In this document: positions 45,706-56,900 of the stretch, piece by piece | Numbering within the stretch: position 1 is the first letter of the stretch | How the letters are laid out: each line of letters begins with the position of its first letter | Virus record (IMG/VR): IMGVR_UViG_3300045594_000145 | Span: 32,001-96,000 of that record | Strand: one strand, 5' to 3' | DNA length: 64,000 nt | From: a virus | Taxonomy: Duplodnaviria > Caudoviricetes | Notes under the pieces: generated by a model | What the model was told of the DNA's origin: nothing | Seen by the model: the letters and a program-made list of their open reading frames with translations, nothing else | Database searches by the model: none | Position numbers and translations under genes: made by a program

Positions 45706-46260
45706 ATGGAAAACAAGAAATACAATGTAACAAGTAAATTTAATGGTTATGTTTCCGTTTCCTTACTTAACTCTGGCATTAAGTATGTTTGGAATAACAT
45801 TAACAGTTCCCTTGATTTGACAAAGGAAGAAATTAAACAGATTCTTAACACTCCTGGTGGAAGAGACATTCTTGAGAATAAGGTTATTATTAGTGATGCC
45901 GATATTCTTAAGGAATTAAATTTAAATGTAGAACCTGAATATTTTTATACAGAAAAAGATATTGAGGATTTATTAAAAAATGGTTCAATTGATCAACTAC
46001 AAGATGCTCTGGATTTTGCGCCAGAAGGAACGGTAGATTTGATTGTTGAAACAGCAACTAAAATGAAACTTGAGGATAGAAATAAACTCAAAATAATTAA
46101 AGAATCAACTGGATTTGATGTCGAATCAATGATCGACACGTCAGCTGATAACCAAAATGAGCAAGAGACCACTGAGCGTACCCGTAGAGCAGCTCCTTAT
46201 AAACCAGAAGTTACCCCTACGTCAGATACGATTTCAGTTAAAAAATACAAACGAATTTAA
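45706..46260 (+). CDS. hypothetical head-region protein
   Basis: synteny; ALDFAPEG motif. Confidence 0.65.
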   Translation: MENKKYNVTSKFNGYVSVSLLNSGIKYVWNNINSSLDLTKEEIKQILNTPGGRDILENKVIISDADILKELNLNVEPEYFYTEKDIEDLLKNGSIDQLQDALDFAPEGTVDLIVETATKMKLEDRNKLKIIKESTGFDVESMIDTSADNQNEQETTERTRRAAPYKPEVTPTSDTISVKKYKRI

Positions 46261-46280
46261 TAGAGAACGGAGGGTAAACT

Positions 46281-46814
46281 ATGGCAAATGAAACGTCATA
46301 TAAAGATATTTATGATAACTTTCTATCATTGGTCACAGATGACCTCTATTCGACCGGTGAAGATGATTCCGCTTGGACTCAAGAGGCTACATATGCAGAC
46401 CTTGAGATTTTACTTGAAAATGCTAAGGTAAAATTCTTTTTGCCAAAAGAAGATATATTATCTTATACTACTGTGGGCAATGATAAGTATTTCACAAGTA
46501 CCCTTTCAGTAGGTACAATTAATATTTTGACTCTTTTAATGATAAGAGAATGGCTTGCCCGCCAAATGAACACTGTCCGCATTACTGAGACTCAGTATAC
46601 TGGATCAGATGCTAAGGCTATTAATACTAAGGCACAAGCAGAAGCAATTAAAGTTGCTCAAGATGCAAATCAATTGGAACTTAAGTCTGCTTATCATCAG
46701 TATCAGTATCAATCAATAAATCAAGATACTAAAATAGCTGAGGTTAGTGAACTAAATTTAACTTCTGGAACCAAATATGCTGCGAGTACCAGAGGTAAAT
46801 ATCGTGGCTATTGA
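46281..46814 (+). CDS. putative head-tail adaptor
   Basis: synteny; TSYKDIYDNFLSLVTD. Confidence 0.55.
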   Translation: MANETSYKDIYDNFLSLVTDDLYSTGEDDSAWTQEATYADLEILLENAKVKFFLPKEDILSYTTVGNDKYFTSTLSVGTINILTLLMIREWLARQMNTVRITETQYTGSDAKAINTKAQAEAIKVAQDANQLELKSAYHQYQYQSINQDTKIAEVSELNLTSGTKYAASTRGKYRGY

Positions 46815-47997
46815 TAAATTTACACTTTCCATGCTGCGGGCAAAGCACAACTCTGTATCTAATTTAAAAGATAGAAACTTCAATGCTAGATTGCAGAATG
46901 ATTACAATACTGAACTTCTAGCTAAGTACAACAATGTCACAAATACTTTTAAAGCAATTGTGCAAATGTCTACCTATAATTATAGCATTGAATCTCGTAT
47001 CCTTGATTATCAAAAAGTGAGCGTTCCATATTCAGCAGAGGTGCAGATTGGCGATGTGCTATACTGGCCTCGCATGAAGAAGAATTACTTAATTTTTGCA
47101 GACAGAGACACAGAAAAAAATTATTTTCTCTGTTATATGTCTCCGGCTGATTATGAAATTACTTGGTATGATCAGTTCGGTAATAAACAAAAGCAAGTTG
47201 CTAGTTTTATTCAAACCGCAAAGGAAACAATTAAAACTAGCGGAAACTTATACGATTATCTTGATGCAGGCATGCAACTATTATTAAAGGCAAATGCGGC
47301 AACCGATGCTTTATCTTACTATAATAGAATTTATATTAACGATAAAAACTGGGAAGTTATTGGTAAAAGCACAAACACATTCCCCGGAATGATTGCTTTA
47401 TATTTAAGAGAAGTACCTTTTAATAAGTGGAAAGACGTTAAAGATGGCTTGCCATCTGGTTCTCAGGTTATTACTACTTCTGTAATTACCTCTTATGACG
47501 ATGTTTCAGAATTGACTATTGGTTCTACTGGAACATTAACTTTAGGAACTGTAATCAATGGCAACCCTATCTCAGACAGTTATGAAGTTACTACGACTAA
47601 TTGTACCTTTGATAAATCTACTTATACATTAATGTTTTCTACTTTAGGAACTTCCACTATTACGATAACAAGTAAGAGAAGTTCATTGTCTAAAGTATTA
47701 ACAATTAATATAGTGGAAACCGCAGAAAAAACAATCTCTTATTCTATTGAGGGCAATGAGAAAGTTAGTGAGTTCTTAAATTATACCTATTCTGCCTATA
47801 AGATAATTAATGGAGTCAAAAATAAATTTAATGTAACTTGGTCTGTTGGTAATTCTAAGTTAGTTAACATTACCGCTACAACTGATAATAGTTGTTCTAT
47901 TCACATGGGAAATGACACTGGAGTATTTACTTTAAATGCTATTTCAGATGGGAATGTTATCGCTTCTAAAGAAATAACAATAGAAAGTGCATATTAA
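46804..47997 (+). CDS. putative head-closure protein with C-terminal Ig-like domains
   Basis: GTG start after AGAGGT; beta-rich Thr/Ser C-terminus. Confidence 0.55.
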   Translation: MAIDKFTLSMLRAKHNSVSNLKDRNFNARLQNDYNTELLAKYNNVTNTFKAIVQMSTYNYSIESRILDYQKVSVPYSAEVQIGDVLYWPRMKKNYLIFADRDTEKNYFLCYMSPADYEITWYDQFGNKQKQVASFIQTAKETIKTSGNLYDYLDAGMQLLLKANAATDALSYYNRIYINDKNWEVIGKSTNTFPGMIALYLREVPFNKWKDVKDGLPSGSQVITTSVITSYDDVSELTIGSTGTLTLGTVINGNPISDSYEVTTTNCTFDKSTYTLMFSTLGTSTITITSKRSSLSKVLTINIVETAEKTISYSIEGNEKVSEFLNYTYSAYKIINGVKNKFNVTWSVGNSKLVNITATTDNSCSIHMGNDTGVFTLNAISDGNVIASKEITIESAY

Positions 47998-48014
47998 GGA
48001 AGGGGATGTAGATT

Positions 48015-48563
48015 ATGTATGATGATTCAAAAATAACTGATTTTCAAGTCCCCGCAGCAGATCTTCAGATAATTTCAGAAAAACTACTAAATAACAATGA
48101 CTTGTGTAAATTATTATATTTTGCTAATGATACACCTTTCCAAATGACTCTTACGGATGAGCAAAAAGCAGAAATATTTAAGGATGAATATATTCAGATT
48201 GTTCCGAAAATTTATGCGGCAACCTTTGAAAAAAGCAACATTATTATTACTTTTGATAACTTTGTCGCAGGGTTTGACAATCCTTTATATATGAGTTCTA
48301 ATATCATATTTGATATAATTGTTCCTCTTTCTGCTTGGAAAATAAAAGATAAACAAAATAGATTTACCACTTTAAGACCATATGAAATTGCGCACTTAGT
48401 TCAGAAAGGAATGAACGGGACTAAATTAACTGGAATCGGCAGATGTAATTTTTTGGGAGCAGGTCAGATTTTACTTCCTGCGAACGAAGAAGTCGCTGGT
48501 TTAACTGTAAGATATTCAGTCGAAAATTCAGATAATGATGGATACAAACTTACAAATAGATGA
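48015..48563 (+). CDS. putative tail terminator
   Basis: synteny; LCKLLY, LRPY.I, LTGIG. Confidence 0.5.
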   Translation: MYDDSKITDFQVPAADLQIISEKLLNNNDLCKLLYFANDTPFQMTLTDEQKAEIFKDEYIQIVPKIYAATFEKSNIIITFDNFVAGFDNPLYMSSNIIFDIIVPLSAWKIKDKQNRFTTLRPYEIAHLVQKGMNGTKLTGIGRCNFLGAGQILLPANEEVAGLTVRYSVENSDNDGYKLTNR

Positions 48564-49305
48564 CTTTAGTCTGTTGGCGGGGGTAGATATTTATAGCAAG
48601 GAATTAAATTTATCTTTCCATCAGCCAAAACTTTACGATATCGCAGCTTTCGGGCTAAGTAAGTGGCAAGCAGTAATCAATTTACTACTCTGGGATAAAG
48701 AAAACTTAAAAGAGGAAAATAAAAAAAATTTAGAACAACTTTCTAATTTTGATTGTATTTATCTTTTGCTACAAAATAGAGATCAAAATACTGGAGTTTG
48801 CCGGTATGAAACTAATTTCTTAAATTTTTGTACCTTAGTGTTCCCCGAGTTTACAGTTTTAATTCATCAAAAACAAAAATTTCAACTTGTCTTTCAGAAT
48901 AAAGCGACAGAAGAAATAATTATTATAAATAAAGATAATTATGATATTTTCTTATTTTACATTGAAACATTGTTTTTAAAATTTGACTGTCAGTCTAAAG
49001 ATCAATACAATATTGATAAAAATGACCAACTCGCAAAGAGAATAAAAGAAAAGTTAGACAGAAGACATAAAATTTTAGCAAAGAATGATTCAACAAAGGG
49101 TAAACATTCAATATTATACAATATGGTTTCTAGTCTTGCTCTTGATTCACCGAGTGGACTAAACGAACTATATAATCTTACTTTATACCAATTTTATGAA
49201 CAAGTAGGCCGCTATCATAAGAAAGTTGCCTATAATGCAGGTTTATCTGCGATGCTGGCCGGCGCGCAAGATATTGAACTTGAAGATTGGTATGGAGATA
49301 TATAA
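48535..49305 (+). CDS. hypothetical tail-region protein
   Basis: LTLYQF..Q..R...MLAGA...W motif. Confidence 0.6.
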   Translation: MMDTNLQIDDFSLLAGVDIYSKELNLSFHQPKLYDIAAFGLSKWQAVINLLLWDKENLKEENKKNLEQLSNFDCIYLLLQNRDQNTGVCRYETNFLNFCTLVFPEFTVLIHQKQKFQLVFQNKATEEIIIINKDNYDIFLFYIETLFLKFDCQSKDQYNIDKNDQLAKRIKEKLDRRHKILAKNDSTKGKHSILYNMVSSLALDSPSGLNELYNLTLYQFYEQVGRYHKKVAYNAGLSAMLAGAQDIELEDWYGDI

Positions 49306-49328
49306 AATACTAAGGAGGTATTTACTTA

Positions 49329-50165
49329 ATGGCGAAGTATGGTATTCGTGAAGTAACCGACATGGTCTTTAAAGCCAAGAGTGCTATGAGTATTGGTGCT
49401 AAGACTTTTGCAACTGGTCAGCCGGTTCTTGTCATTGATAGTGCTAAATCTTCTACTCTTGAAGGTGCTTCAACTACAGTTTATGCTCAGGGTGGTAGAG
49501 GTAACCCAAGACGAATTGCTTGGGATGGTGAAAAAACACTGACCTTCAAATTCCAGGATGCATTAATTAGTCCTATTACAGCTTCTATTCTGATGGGCGC
49601 AGGCTTATCTGAAGATACTCCATATGCTCAGCATGTCTTCGGATATGTTACATGCACAACTGCGGGCACATTGGATTGCACAGGATTAGTTGAAGATTCT
49701 CTGTTCCTTGGCGCAGGAGATACAGCTCCAACTGCATTTACTGCTCCAGTTTGGGCAACTAAAGTTACTGATGGAGAAATGGTTGGTACAGCTGAAAAGG
49801 TAGCAGACGTCACAAAAATCAATGCTATTGCAGTAGCAGCAGCGGTGCAGGGTGATCAGTATATGATCGATGGTTATGTTACAACAACTAAGGGAACAAG
49901 TTTGAAGATTACTCCAGACAAGTTTGCTGGTAGTTTTGAGATTGTTGCATCTACATTATGGAGACGTGAATCTGATGGCGTTGATGTTCCTGCTCAGATT
50001 ACAATTCCTAATGGAAAGGTAAAGACAGCATTTACATTAACGCAGTCACCTACTGGTGATCCAAGTACTTTCGACTTTGAAGTCGATGCATTAGCAGACT
50101 ATATGTCTAATGATACATCAGCAGTTAAGAAGAAGGTTCTCTGCCAGATTGATGTTCTGGGTTAA
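49329..50165 (+). CDS. major tail tube protein
   Basis: GGRGNPRRIAW, GDPSTFDFEVD; biased codons; terminator follows. Confidence 0.7.
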   Translation: MAKYGIREVTDMVFKAKSAMSIGAKTFATGQPVLVIDSAKSSTLEGASTTVYAQGGRGNPRRIAWDGEKTLTFKFQDALISPITASILMGAGLSEDTPYAQHVFGYVTCTTAGTLDCTGLVEDSLFLGAGDTAPTAFTAPVWATKVTDGEMVGTAEKVADVTKINAIAVAAAVQGDQYMIDGYVTTTKGTSLKITPDKFAGSFEIVASTLWRRESDGVDVPAQITIPNGKVKTAFTLTQSPTGDPSTFDFEVDALADYMSNDTSAVKKKVLCQIDVLG

Positions 50166-50175
50166 GCAATAATTG

Positions 50176-50203
50176 AAAGGCTCTTCGCAGAGCCTTTCTT
50201 TTT
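50176..50203 (+). terminator. intrinsic terminator
   Basis: GAAAGGCTCT-TCGC-AGAGCCTTTC-TTTTT. Confidence 0.85.
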
Positions 50204-50275
50204 CTAATAAGAATTCCTTGACAAAATTAGAAAAAGAGTGTATAATTAAAATGTAAATGTATAAGGAGAAGACCG

Positions 50276-50764
50276 ATGGGAAAAATAAATGACTTTATTA
50301 AAAATCATTTAATAGATAAAGGGCAAAAACCTTTATCTTTCTGTCCTATAGCTAAAGATCTTCCTTTTGCGGTTTATCATTTATTGAATGAAATATCGGG
50401 GGAACATTTCTTCACATCAAATCGAACCGAAGGAAATTATTTTTGTGCGTTAGGATGGAAATATTTGGGCATTGCTTTCTATCATTTAAATGATGCAGGT
50501 ACACCCGTATATAGATTATACAACAAGAGACTAGATAATTATCTTTATACTGTAGAGGTATCAGAAGTGCAGGATTTGTCCCAAAATGGTTGGGTTTATG
50601 AGGGAGTATGCTTTACCGCAGCTTCCTATGGTTTACCAATTTATCGAGTTCAAAATAAACTTAATAATAAATTTATTTTTACTCCAAGTTTATATGAAAG
50701 AGACAAACTTATCTTAAAAGATTGGTTAAATGAAGGCGTTGGCTTTTATGAAGGGATAAATTGA
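50276..50764 (+). CDS. DUF5648-like repeat protein
   Basis: three VYRLYN..H.YT..E..L..GW.YEG..F repeats. Confidence 0.7.
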   Translation: MGKINDFIKNHLIDKGQKPLSFCPIAKDLPFAVYHLLNEISGEHFFTSNRTEGNYFCALGWKYLGIAFYHLNDAGTPVYRLYNKRLDNYLYTVEVSEVQDLSQNGWVYEGVCFTAASYGLPIYRVQNKLNNKFIFTPSLYERDKLILKDWLNEGVGFYEGIN

Positions 50765-50765
50765 T

Positions 50766-51143
50766 ATGGACTCACAAGTAGTTATTGCAATTATTGCTGG
50801 ACTTATGGGTTCTGGTGTTACTGGACTGATTCAATTTTTAGTTGCTCGGCACGATCGAAAAGAATTAGCAAAAGAAAACGCAGAATCCGCGCAAGCCTTA
50901 ATGTTACTTGGCTTAGGGCATGATAAACTTTTATCATTAACCGACAGATTCGTCAATCGAGGCGGAATTACCCTTAAAGAGAAAAGAAATCTTGATTATC
51001 TATATAAACCTTACGTTCGTATGGGTGGTAATGGCGACTGTAAGATTGGCTATGACGCTTGCCAAGAGCTAGAAGTAATTTCAGAAGACCGAGCAAAAGA
51101 ATTAGACACGCAAATCAAAAGGAAATTTTGTGGATTTGAATAA
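50766..51143 (+). CDS. lysis-module membrane protein
   Basis: N-terminal TM; LY.PY..MGGNG motif. Confidence 0.65.
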   Translation: MDSQVVIAIIAGLMGSGVTGLIQFLVARHDRKELAKENAESAQALMLLGLGHDKLLSLTDRFVNRGGITLKEKRNLDYLYKPYVRMGGNGDCKIGYDACQELEVISEDRAKELDTQIKRKFCGFE

Positions 51144-51181
51144 TCTTTCTAAGGAAAGAAGATAAAAGAAAGGAGATAAGT

Positions 51182-51475
51182 ATGGATATAACGCAGTATT
51201 TAAATTTAGTTGCATTTTTAGGAACATTTTTAATTCTTTATATTGTTAAGCCATTGTTACCAGAGAAGGCGGTTAAATTTATTCCAGTTATGGCTGCAAT
51301 TTGCGGTGTAATCTTCGTATCATTAATTAAAGGAAACTTTGATGTAATGATTTTTATTGAAGGTTTAATTTCTGGTTTAGCAGCAACTGGATTGAAGGAA
51401 ATTATCAAAGGTATCAAAGAAGTCCTTTCTACTACAGATACCACTGATACAACAACTCCAACAAAGACAGCTTAA
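51182..51475 (+). CDS. holin
   Basis: three hydrophobic segments; KFIP..GLISGLAATGL. Confidence 0.75.
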   Translation: MDITQYLNLVAFLGTFLILYIVKPLLPEKAVKFIPVMAAICGVIFVSLIKGNFDVMIFIEGLISGLAATGLKEIIKGIKEVLSTTDTTDTTTPTKTA

Positions 51476-51596
51476 AGAAAACGCTTGAGAAATCAAGCGT
51501 TTTATTTTATTTAAAATATTACTTGACAAATGTTAAAAAATATGATAAAATAAATATGTAAAGGGGAACTAAATTACAGAAAGGGAGGCCCCAGCT

Positions 51597-52148
51597 ATGG
51601 AATTGGAAATTAAAATAGAAACAAAAGAAGTCGAAATCAACGGCGAGAGTATTACTGTTAAAAGTCGTATTTCAACTAGGGAAAAAGAAACAATCATTGG
51701 CATTTGCCTTAAGAACGCTTCGCTCGGTGGAACATATAATAAATTACGCTATGAAACAACCATCTACGCAATGCTAGTTTTATATTATTCTAATATTGCA
51801 GAAAAGATTGATAATTTCAAAGAAGAAAGCAATGCTGATTTAACATCTTTATATGATAAATTTGATTCTAATGGAATTACTGATACTATTATTAATGAGA
51901 TTGAATCTATGAATAAAGGTGAAACAATTCTCTTCTTAAATTATGCAACCGAAATGTATAATGAAGCAAAGGAGTCCGCAGACAGTGTTGGCTATGCATT
52001 ATCAAATTTAACAACTACCTTCAGTACAACTATTGATAATATTACAACCTCTCTTGGGGAGTATATAAATGATCCAGATTTTAAAGAAAAGTTATTAGAA
52101 GAAGCAACAAAAGCTCTTTCTAATTCTTCTACTAAGCCGATAGCTTAA
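51597..52148 (+). CDS. putative tail assembly chaperone
   Basis: acidic, upstream of tape measure. Confidence 0.45.
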   Translation: MELEIKIETKEVEINGESITVKSRISTREKETIIGICLKNASLGGTYNKLRYETTIYAMLVLYYSNIAEKIDNFKEESNADLTSLYDKFDSNGITDTIINEIESMNKGETILFLNYATEMYNEAKESADSVGYALSNLTTTFSTTIDNITTSLGEYINDPDFKEKLLEEATKALSNSSTKPIA

Positions 52149-52164
52149 TAAAAGGAGTTAATAA

Positions 52165-53922
52165 ATGGTAGCTAAATATTTGCATGCCGCTGCGGTAGTG
52201 CCACTAAATAAATTTAGAATAGGCAGTTATATTTATTTTAATTACTACAACTGGCAAGCAGCTACCGCGGTTCAGACATTTGATGATAATTTGAATATTG
52301 GCAATATCAAATCTTATTGCGAACAGATAATTCTCGAAGAAACCGCTAGATTCAAAGCGGTAACTGGTATAGATTATAAAGATTTTATATCTGGCTTAAA
52401 GGAAAATGCTGAGCTAATAAATAATTTTAATATTTTATTTACTGGCGGAGTTGTTTCAAAAGAAGATGTCGGGGAAAACCCTTCTGGTAATTACGATAAA
52501 ATTAGAAGGGCTTCTGCTGACATTGCGAATCTTTTACATAATGGCCAAGCGCTTTCTCCGGAAGAATTACAATTAATTGAAGCCTTCCTTGAAAATATGG
52601 GAGAGGTTAGTGCGAACCAGTATTTTTTAATTCAGCAAATGAAAAGTCCTAAGAGTGTTAAAGCATTAAATAATCTTTCTAATGGTTCTTATCAAATAAA
52701 AATTAATTCTGATGAATATTTCATTCAGATGGCTTTATCTGAATTATATAAACAATTAAATTCTCCTACGAGTTTTGCTCAAATGGGCGGAGAAAAATTT
52801 GATAATATCGCAATAGACAAAATAATTAAGCAAACTAATTTTATTGCGACGAAAAAAATGCAGGACAACATCCAGAAGAATGTTGATAGTTTAGGAATTG
52901 TTTTGCAGAAAATAAAAAATCACGAGAAAATTTCTCCGGCTGAGATTTCTAAGCCACTTTCTGAGTTACAGTTAGCTTATGGCGCTCAAACTGAATTGGT
53001 TGGCGCCTTAGAGCAAAAAATAGTTGAGAAAATCGGAGAAAAAACTTCTAATTTCGCTGGTGCAACGATTTCAAGAGAAAGTCTTGATACCATTTTTTTA
53101 AAAATTAAAAACACTGGGACAAAAAGTATTCGTCTTACCGAGGCTTATGACCCGAAAACAGGCTCAATTAATAAAGCAAAACTCTCCGATCTTGCCGTTA
53201 ATAAAACTGCTGATATTACGGTTACAATGCGGGAAGGACAAAAAATTTCTGTTTCTCAGAAAAGATATAATCCTATGTCTTCTTATGGTTTACATATTAC
53301 TTCAAGAACTCTTTCTAATCTCTTAGGTTATGCGTCTTCAGTTGACCCAAGCTTAATTAACCAATTAAATAATCCCATGTTATTAAATGCTCTATATTTT
53401 GCTTATGGCAAAAAATCTTATGACTATTCAAGAAATTCAGACGGTAAATTAATTTTCCCTTTAAAAATTGTTAGTACGAATCCAGGCGGTCTCGGCAGGC
53501 CAAGAATAGATAAAGATAATAATTTAATCTTATCCAAATTTGCTCTTCGCTTATTAACAGGTTCTCTTTCATCAATAAATGCGGCCTTAATAGAGGTGAA
53601 TGGAGAATTAATTCCTACACCTGCTTATATGGAGTTAGTTTTAAAAAATGTTCAAAAAACCTTTGGCGCCGGTGATGATTCTACAATATTTAAGGATGTT
53701 CAATTTAATGTTAATAATTTCACAACTGAATTGAGTCCAGTTATAAAAAATGCTAAGAAAAAGCCAGATAAAAATGAACCTTTCTCCGAAAGCAATAAGC
53801 GGTATGCTATTGAACGTAATACCGCGGCAAAAGAAATAATTGGCGACCACAGAGTCACAATTCAAACACCTTTTGTTACAATGGAACAATATAAAAGTTT
53901 ATTAACGAGTGGTCACTTTTAA
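52165..53922 (+). CDS. hypothetical protein
   Basis: 585-aa ORF directly before tape measure. Confidence 0.7.
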   Translation: MVAKYLHAAAVVPLNKFRIGSYIYFNYYNWQAATAVQTFDDNLNIGNIKSYCEQIILEETARFKAVTGIDYKDFISGLKENAELINNFNILFTGGVVSKEDVGENPSGNYDKIRRASADIANLLHNGQALSPEELQLIEAFLENMGEVSANQYFLIQQMKSPKSVKALNNLSNGSYQIKINSDEYFIQMALSELYKQLNSPTSFAQMGGEKFDNIAIDKIIKQTNFIATKKMQDNIQKNVDSLGIVLQKIKNHEKISPAEISKPLSELQLAYGAQTELVGALEQKIVEKIGEKTSNFAGATISRESLDTIFLKIKNTGTKSIRLTEAYDPKTGSINKAKLSDLAVNKTADITVTMREGQKISVSQKRYNPMSSYGLHITSRTLSNLLGYASSVDPSLINQLNNPMLLNALYFAYGKKSYDYSRNSDGKLIFPLKIVSTNPGGLGRPRIDKDNNLILSKFALRLLTGSLSSINAALIEVNGELIPTPAYMELVLKNVQKTFGAGDDSTIFKDVQFNVNNFTTELSPVIKNAKKKPDKNEPFSESNKRYAIERNTAAKEIIGDHRVTIQTPFVTMEQYKSLLTSGHF

Positions 53923-53940
53923 GCACTACGGGAGGTATAC

Positions 53941-56900
53941 ATGGCAGTAACTTATGAGAATAAAATTAAGAATACTATTGAGACAGTCGAAACAGGTGGC
54001 GCAAAAGCTTCGCAGACTTATCAGAATGTTGCAGACTCTTTACAACAGATATCTAACAAGGCAAAGCCAGCGCAGACTTGGTTAGACAATCTTGGAAATA
54101 CTGTTCTTAATACTTTTAGATACCAAGTTGTTAATAAATTTACAGACGCTCTTTTAAGTGGCGGGGAAGAAATTGTTAGCTACTTAAAAGATGTAGATAA
54201 AGAATTAAATAATATTAGAATAGTGTCTGGACAAACTCAAGCGCAAGTTGAGAGTTTTTTAAGTACCGCTCAGACTGGCGCAACCCTTTTGGGCAAGACA
54301 ACTGCCGACTATCTTGAAGCCGCTCAGCAATATTATCAGCAAGGTCTTTCTACTAATGAAGTTATTGCGCGCACAGATGCAACTTTAAAAGCTGCGAATA
54401 TTTCTGGACAAAGTGTTTCTGATACCGTCCAGCAGACAACCGCTGTTTTAAATGGGTTTAATGTATCTTCTAAAGATATTAATAAAACTTTAAGTGTCAT
54501 GGCATCTTTGGGTGCGGCAACTGCCTCAGACTTTGAAGAATTATCAACTGCTTCACAGAAAGTTGCATCTGCTGCTAGTACCGCAGGTATTCCATTAAAT
54601 AATACAATGGCAATGATTACCACTATTGCTTCTGTAACTCGTGAGTCAGCAGAATCAGTGGGTACTTCATTAAATGCAATGATTGGCAGATTCAACAAAT
54701 TGACAGTTGATGAGCATCAAAAAGTTTTTTCTACTATTGAGACGACTCTTAGAAATACAAACAGTGATGTTTCTGTATTTGATAAAACAACGGGGCAAGT
54801 TAGAGATTTAAACTCAGTCTTAACAGACTTAGCCGGCGCCTGGAAAACATTAGATAAAAATAGTCAAGAAGCAATTTTAACTCAACTTGCCGGAACGAGA
54901 CAAGCAAATAGACTTGCGGCTTTAATGAACAACTGGGATGACTATCAGAAGAACTTAAAGATTGCCGCAGTTGCTGAAGGTTCTTTAGATGCACAGAATC
55001 AAGTCTACATGCAGTCCCTTGAAGCTTTAGACAACCAAATGAAGACTGCTTCAATGACAATGTGGGGCAATCTATTTAACACAGATATGCTTAAGGGTTG
55101 GGATAAAGGTTGGACTAATTTTTATACTACAACTGGGAACATAATTAAGAATATCGGTGGTTTGCCATCAATCCTTTCTCAACTTGGCATTGCCTTATTA
55201 CCAATCTTAAATAAATTAGCTACTCCAATTATAACAAATCTTGCTGTAAAGTCCATTAATACTAAAACGACTGCTGAAGGGATGCCGATTGATAAGACTC
55301 AGAAAGGTATTAATTCACTCGGTGGAATCTATTCAGATGTTAAATTATTAAACGATAATCAACTTTCTAAATTATCTGAAGGCCAAGTTACTGCATATAA
55401 TAAAGCAGTTAATGCATTAAGTGAGCAGGTTACTTTAAAAGCAAAATTACAAGAACTTGAAGAAACTCAAAAGTCCTATAATCTTAATGATATAAATGCA
55501 GCAGTAAAAAAGAATGAATTAATTGAAAAGGAACTTGAAGCTGAAAAGCAAAAAGCTGCTTTAAAGGCTCAAATCGAAAAGAGTCAAAAAAATGATATTG
55601 CTGTCGCAAAAGCGACTATTAAAGCAAATAATGATGCTTATAATGCTACGGTTAAAACCGAGGCAATTAAAAATTTCCCAGAACTTTTTAAAGGTAAAAC
55701 AAAGGCATCAAAACTTTCAAAAGAAAGTAGAGAAATTATTGATTTTGCAGATGATACCTCTTCTAAAAGAAGTATTTCCTCTTTTGTTGACCAATATGAC
55801 TTAAGCTCTAAAGAAAAAGAACAGCTCGTTAAGGAAATAAAAAATTATCGAGCAGCTTTAAAAGCCGCTGTAAAAGTACAAGAAGATGCAAATTCAAAGG
55901 TTAAAGAGACATCCGCTGAGACAGAGACACTTAAAGCAACTTTAAAAACTCTGGAAAAGAATTTTAACAATAAACAGAATGTAAATTCTAAAGATTTTAC
56001 TTCTTTATTGGCCGCAGGCGGGGACAGTAAGAATATTATTACCCAAAAATTTAATGCTTCAAATGCAGTTTCTCTTGGAACTTTGGGTGCGAATGAGACT
56101 TCTTTCTCAAGACTTGAGACAATTATAAATAAAATTGCTGACGGACGAGATTTAGCATCTGTTTTAGATGAGTTTGGTATAAAACAGAAAGATCTTAATG
56201 GTGCATACTCTGTCTTGCTGGATAAAACAAAAGAAGTAATTCTTGAAAATGGTGAGAATGTTAAGGGTGCAACAGAAGACTTTAAAGAAGGAAACCTAAA
56301 AAATCAACCTGAAGTAGAACGACTCCTTGCGATGGAGAAGGCTAAGAAAAAAACTAAGACTCTTACGGCTATTGCCGCAACAGTTGCAGGCGTTACTACT
56401 TTGACAAGTGCTTTAAGTTCAATGTCAGAAGTCGGCGCAACCGGGTCTCAAAGAGTTCAAGCTGGTATCCAGGGAATTGGTTCTTCTTTGGCCGCAGCTG
56501 CAGCCATGATCCCAGACTATGGCTTTATAATTTCTGGCGTAATTGGTTTAATTACTACTGGTTTGCAGTATTTTGCAGAAGTCTCCCAACTTGGCGCAGA
56601 CGATGCTGAAAAAATGCTCAATAGAATCACTGCGGCAAAAAAATCTATTGAAAAAATGACACAACCACTAGCCGAAGAAAGAGATGCCTTGTCTTCTGTC
56701 AGCGTTGCCGCAGATGATTTAGCAAAGAAATATAAAGCCCAGAAATTTACTTATGATCAACTTTCTGAAAGCGAAAAAACTAACTATGACCAAGTTGCAG
56801 AGTATGTTGAAAAATATGCTCCTCAATTAATTTCATATTATGATAAAGAGGGTAAGGCTGTTTTGAATTTAAACCAGCTTTACTCAAATTCAGCTAAAAC

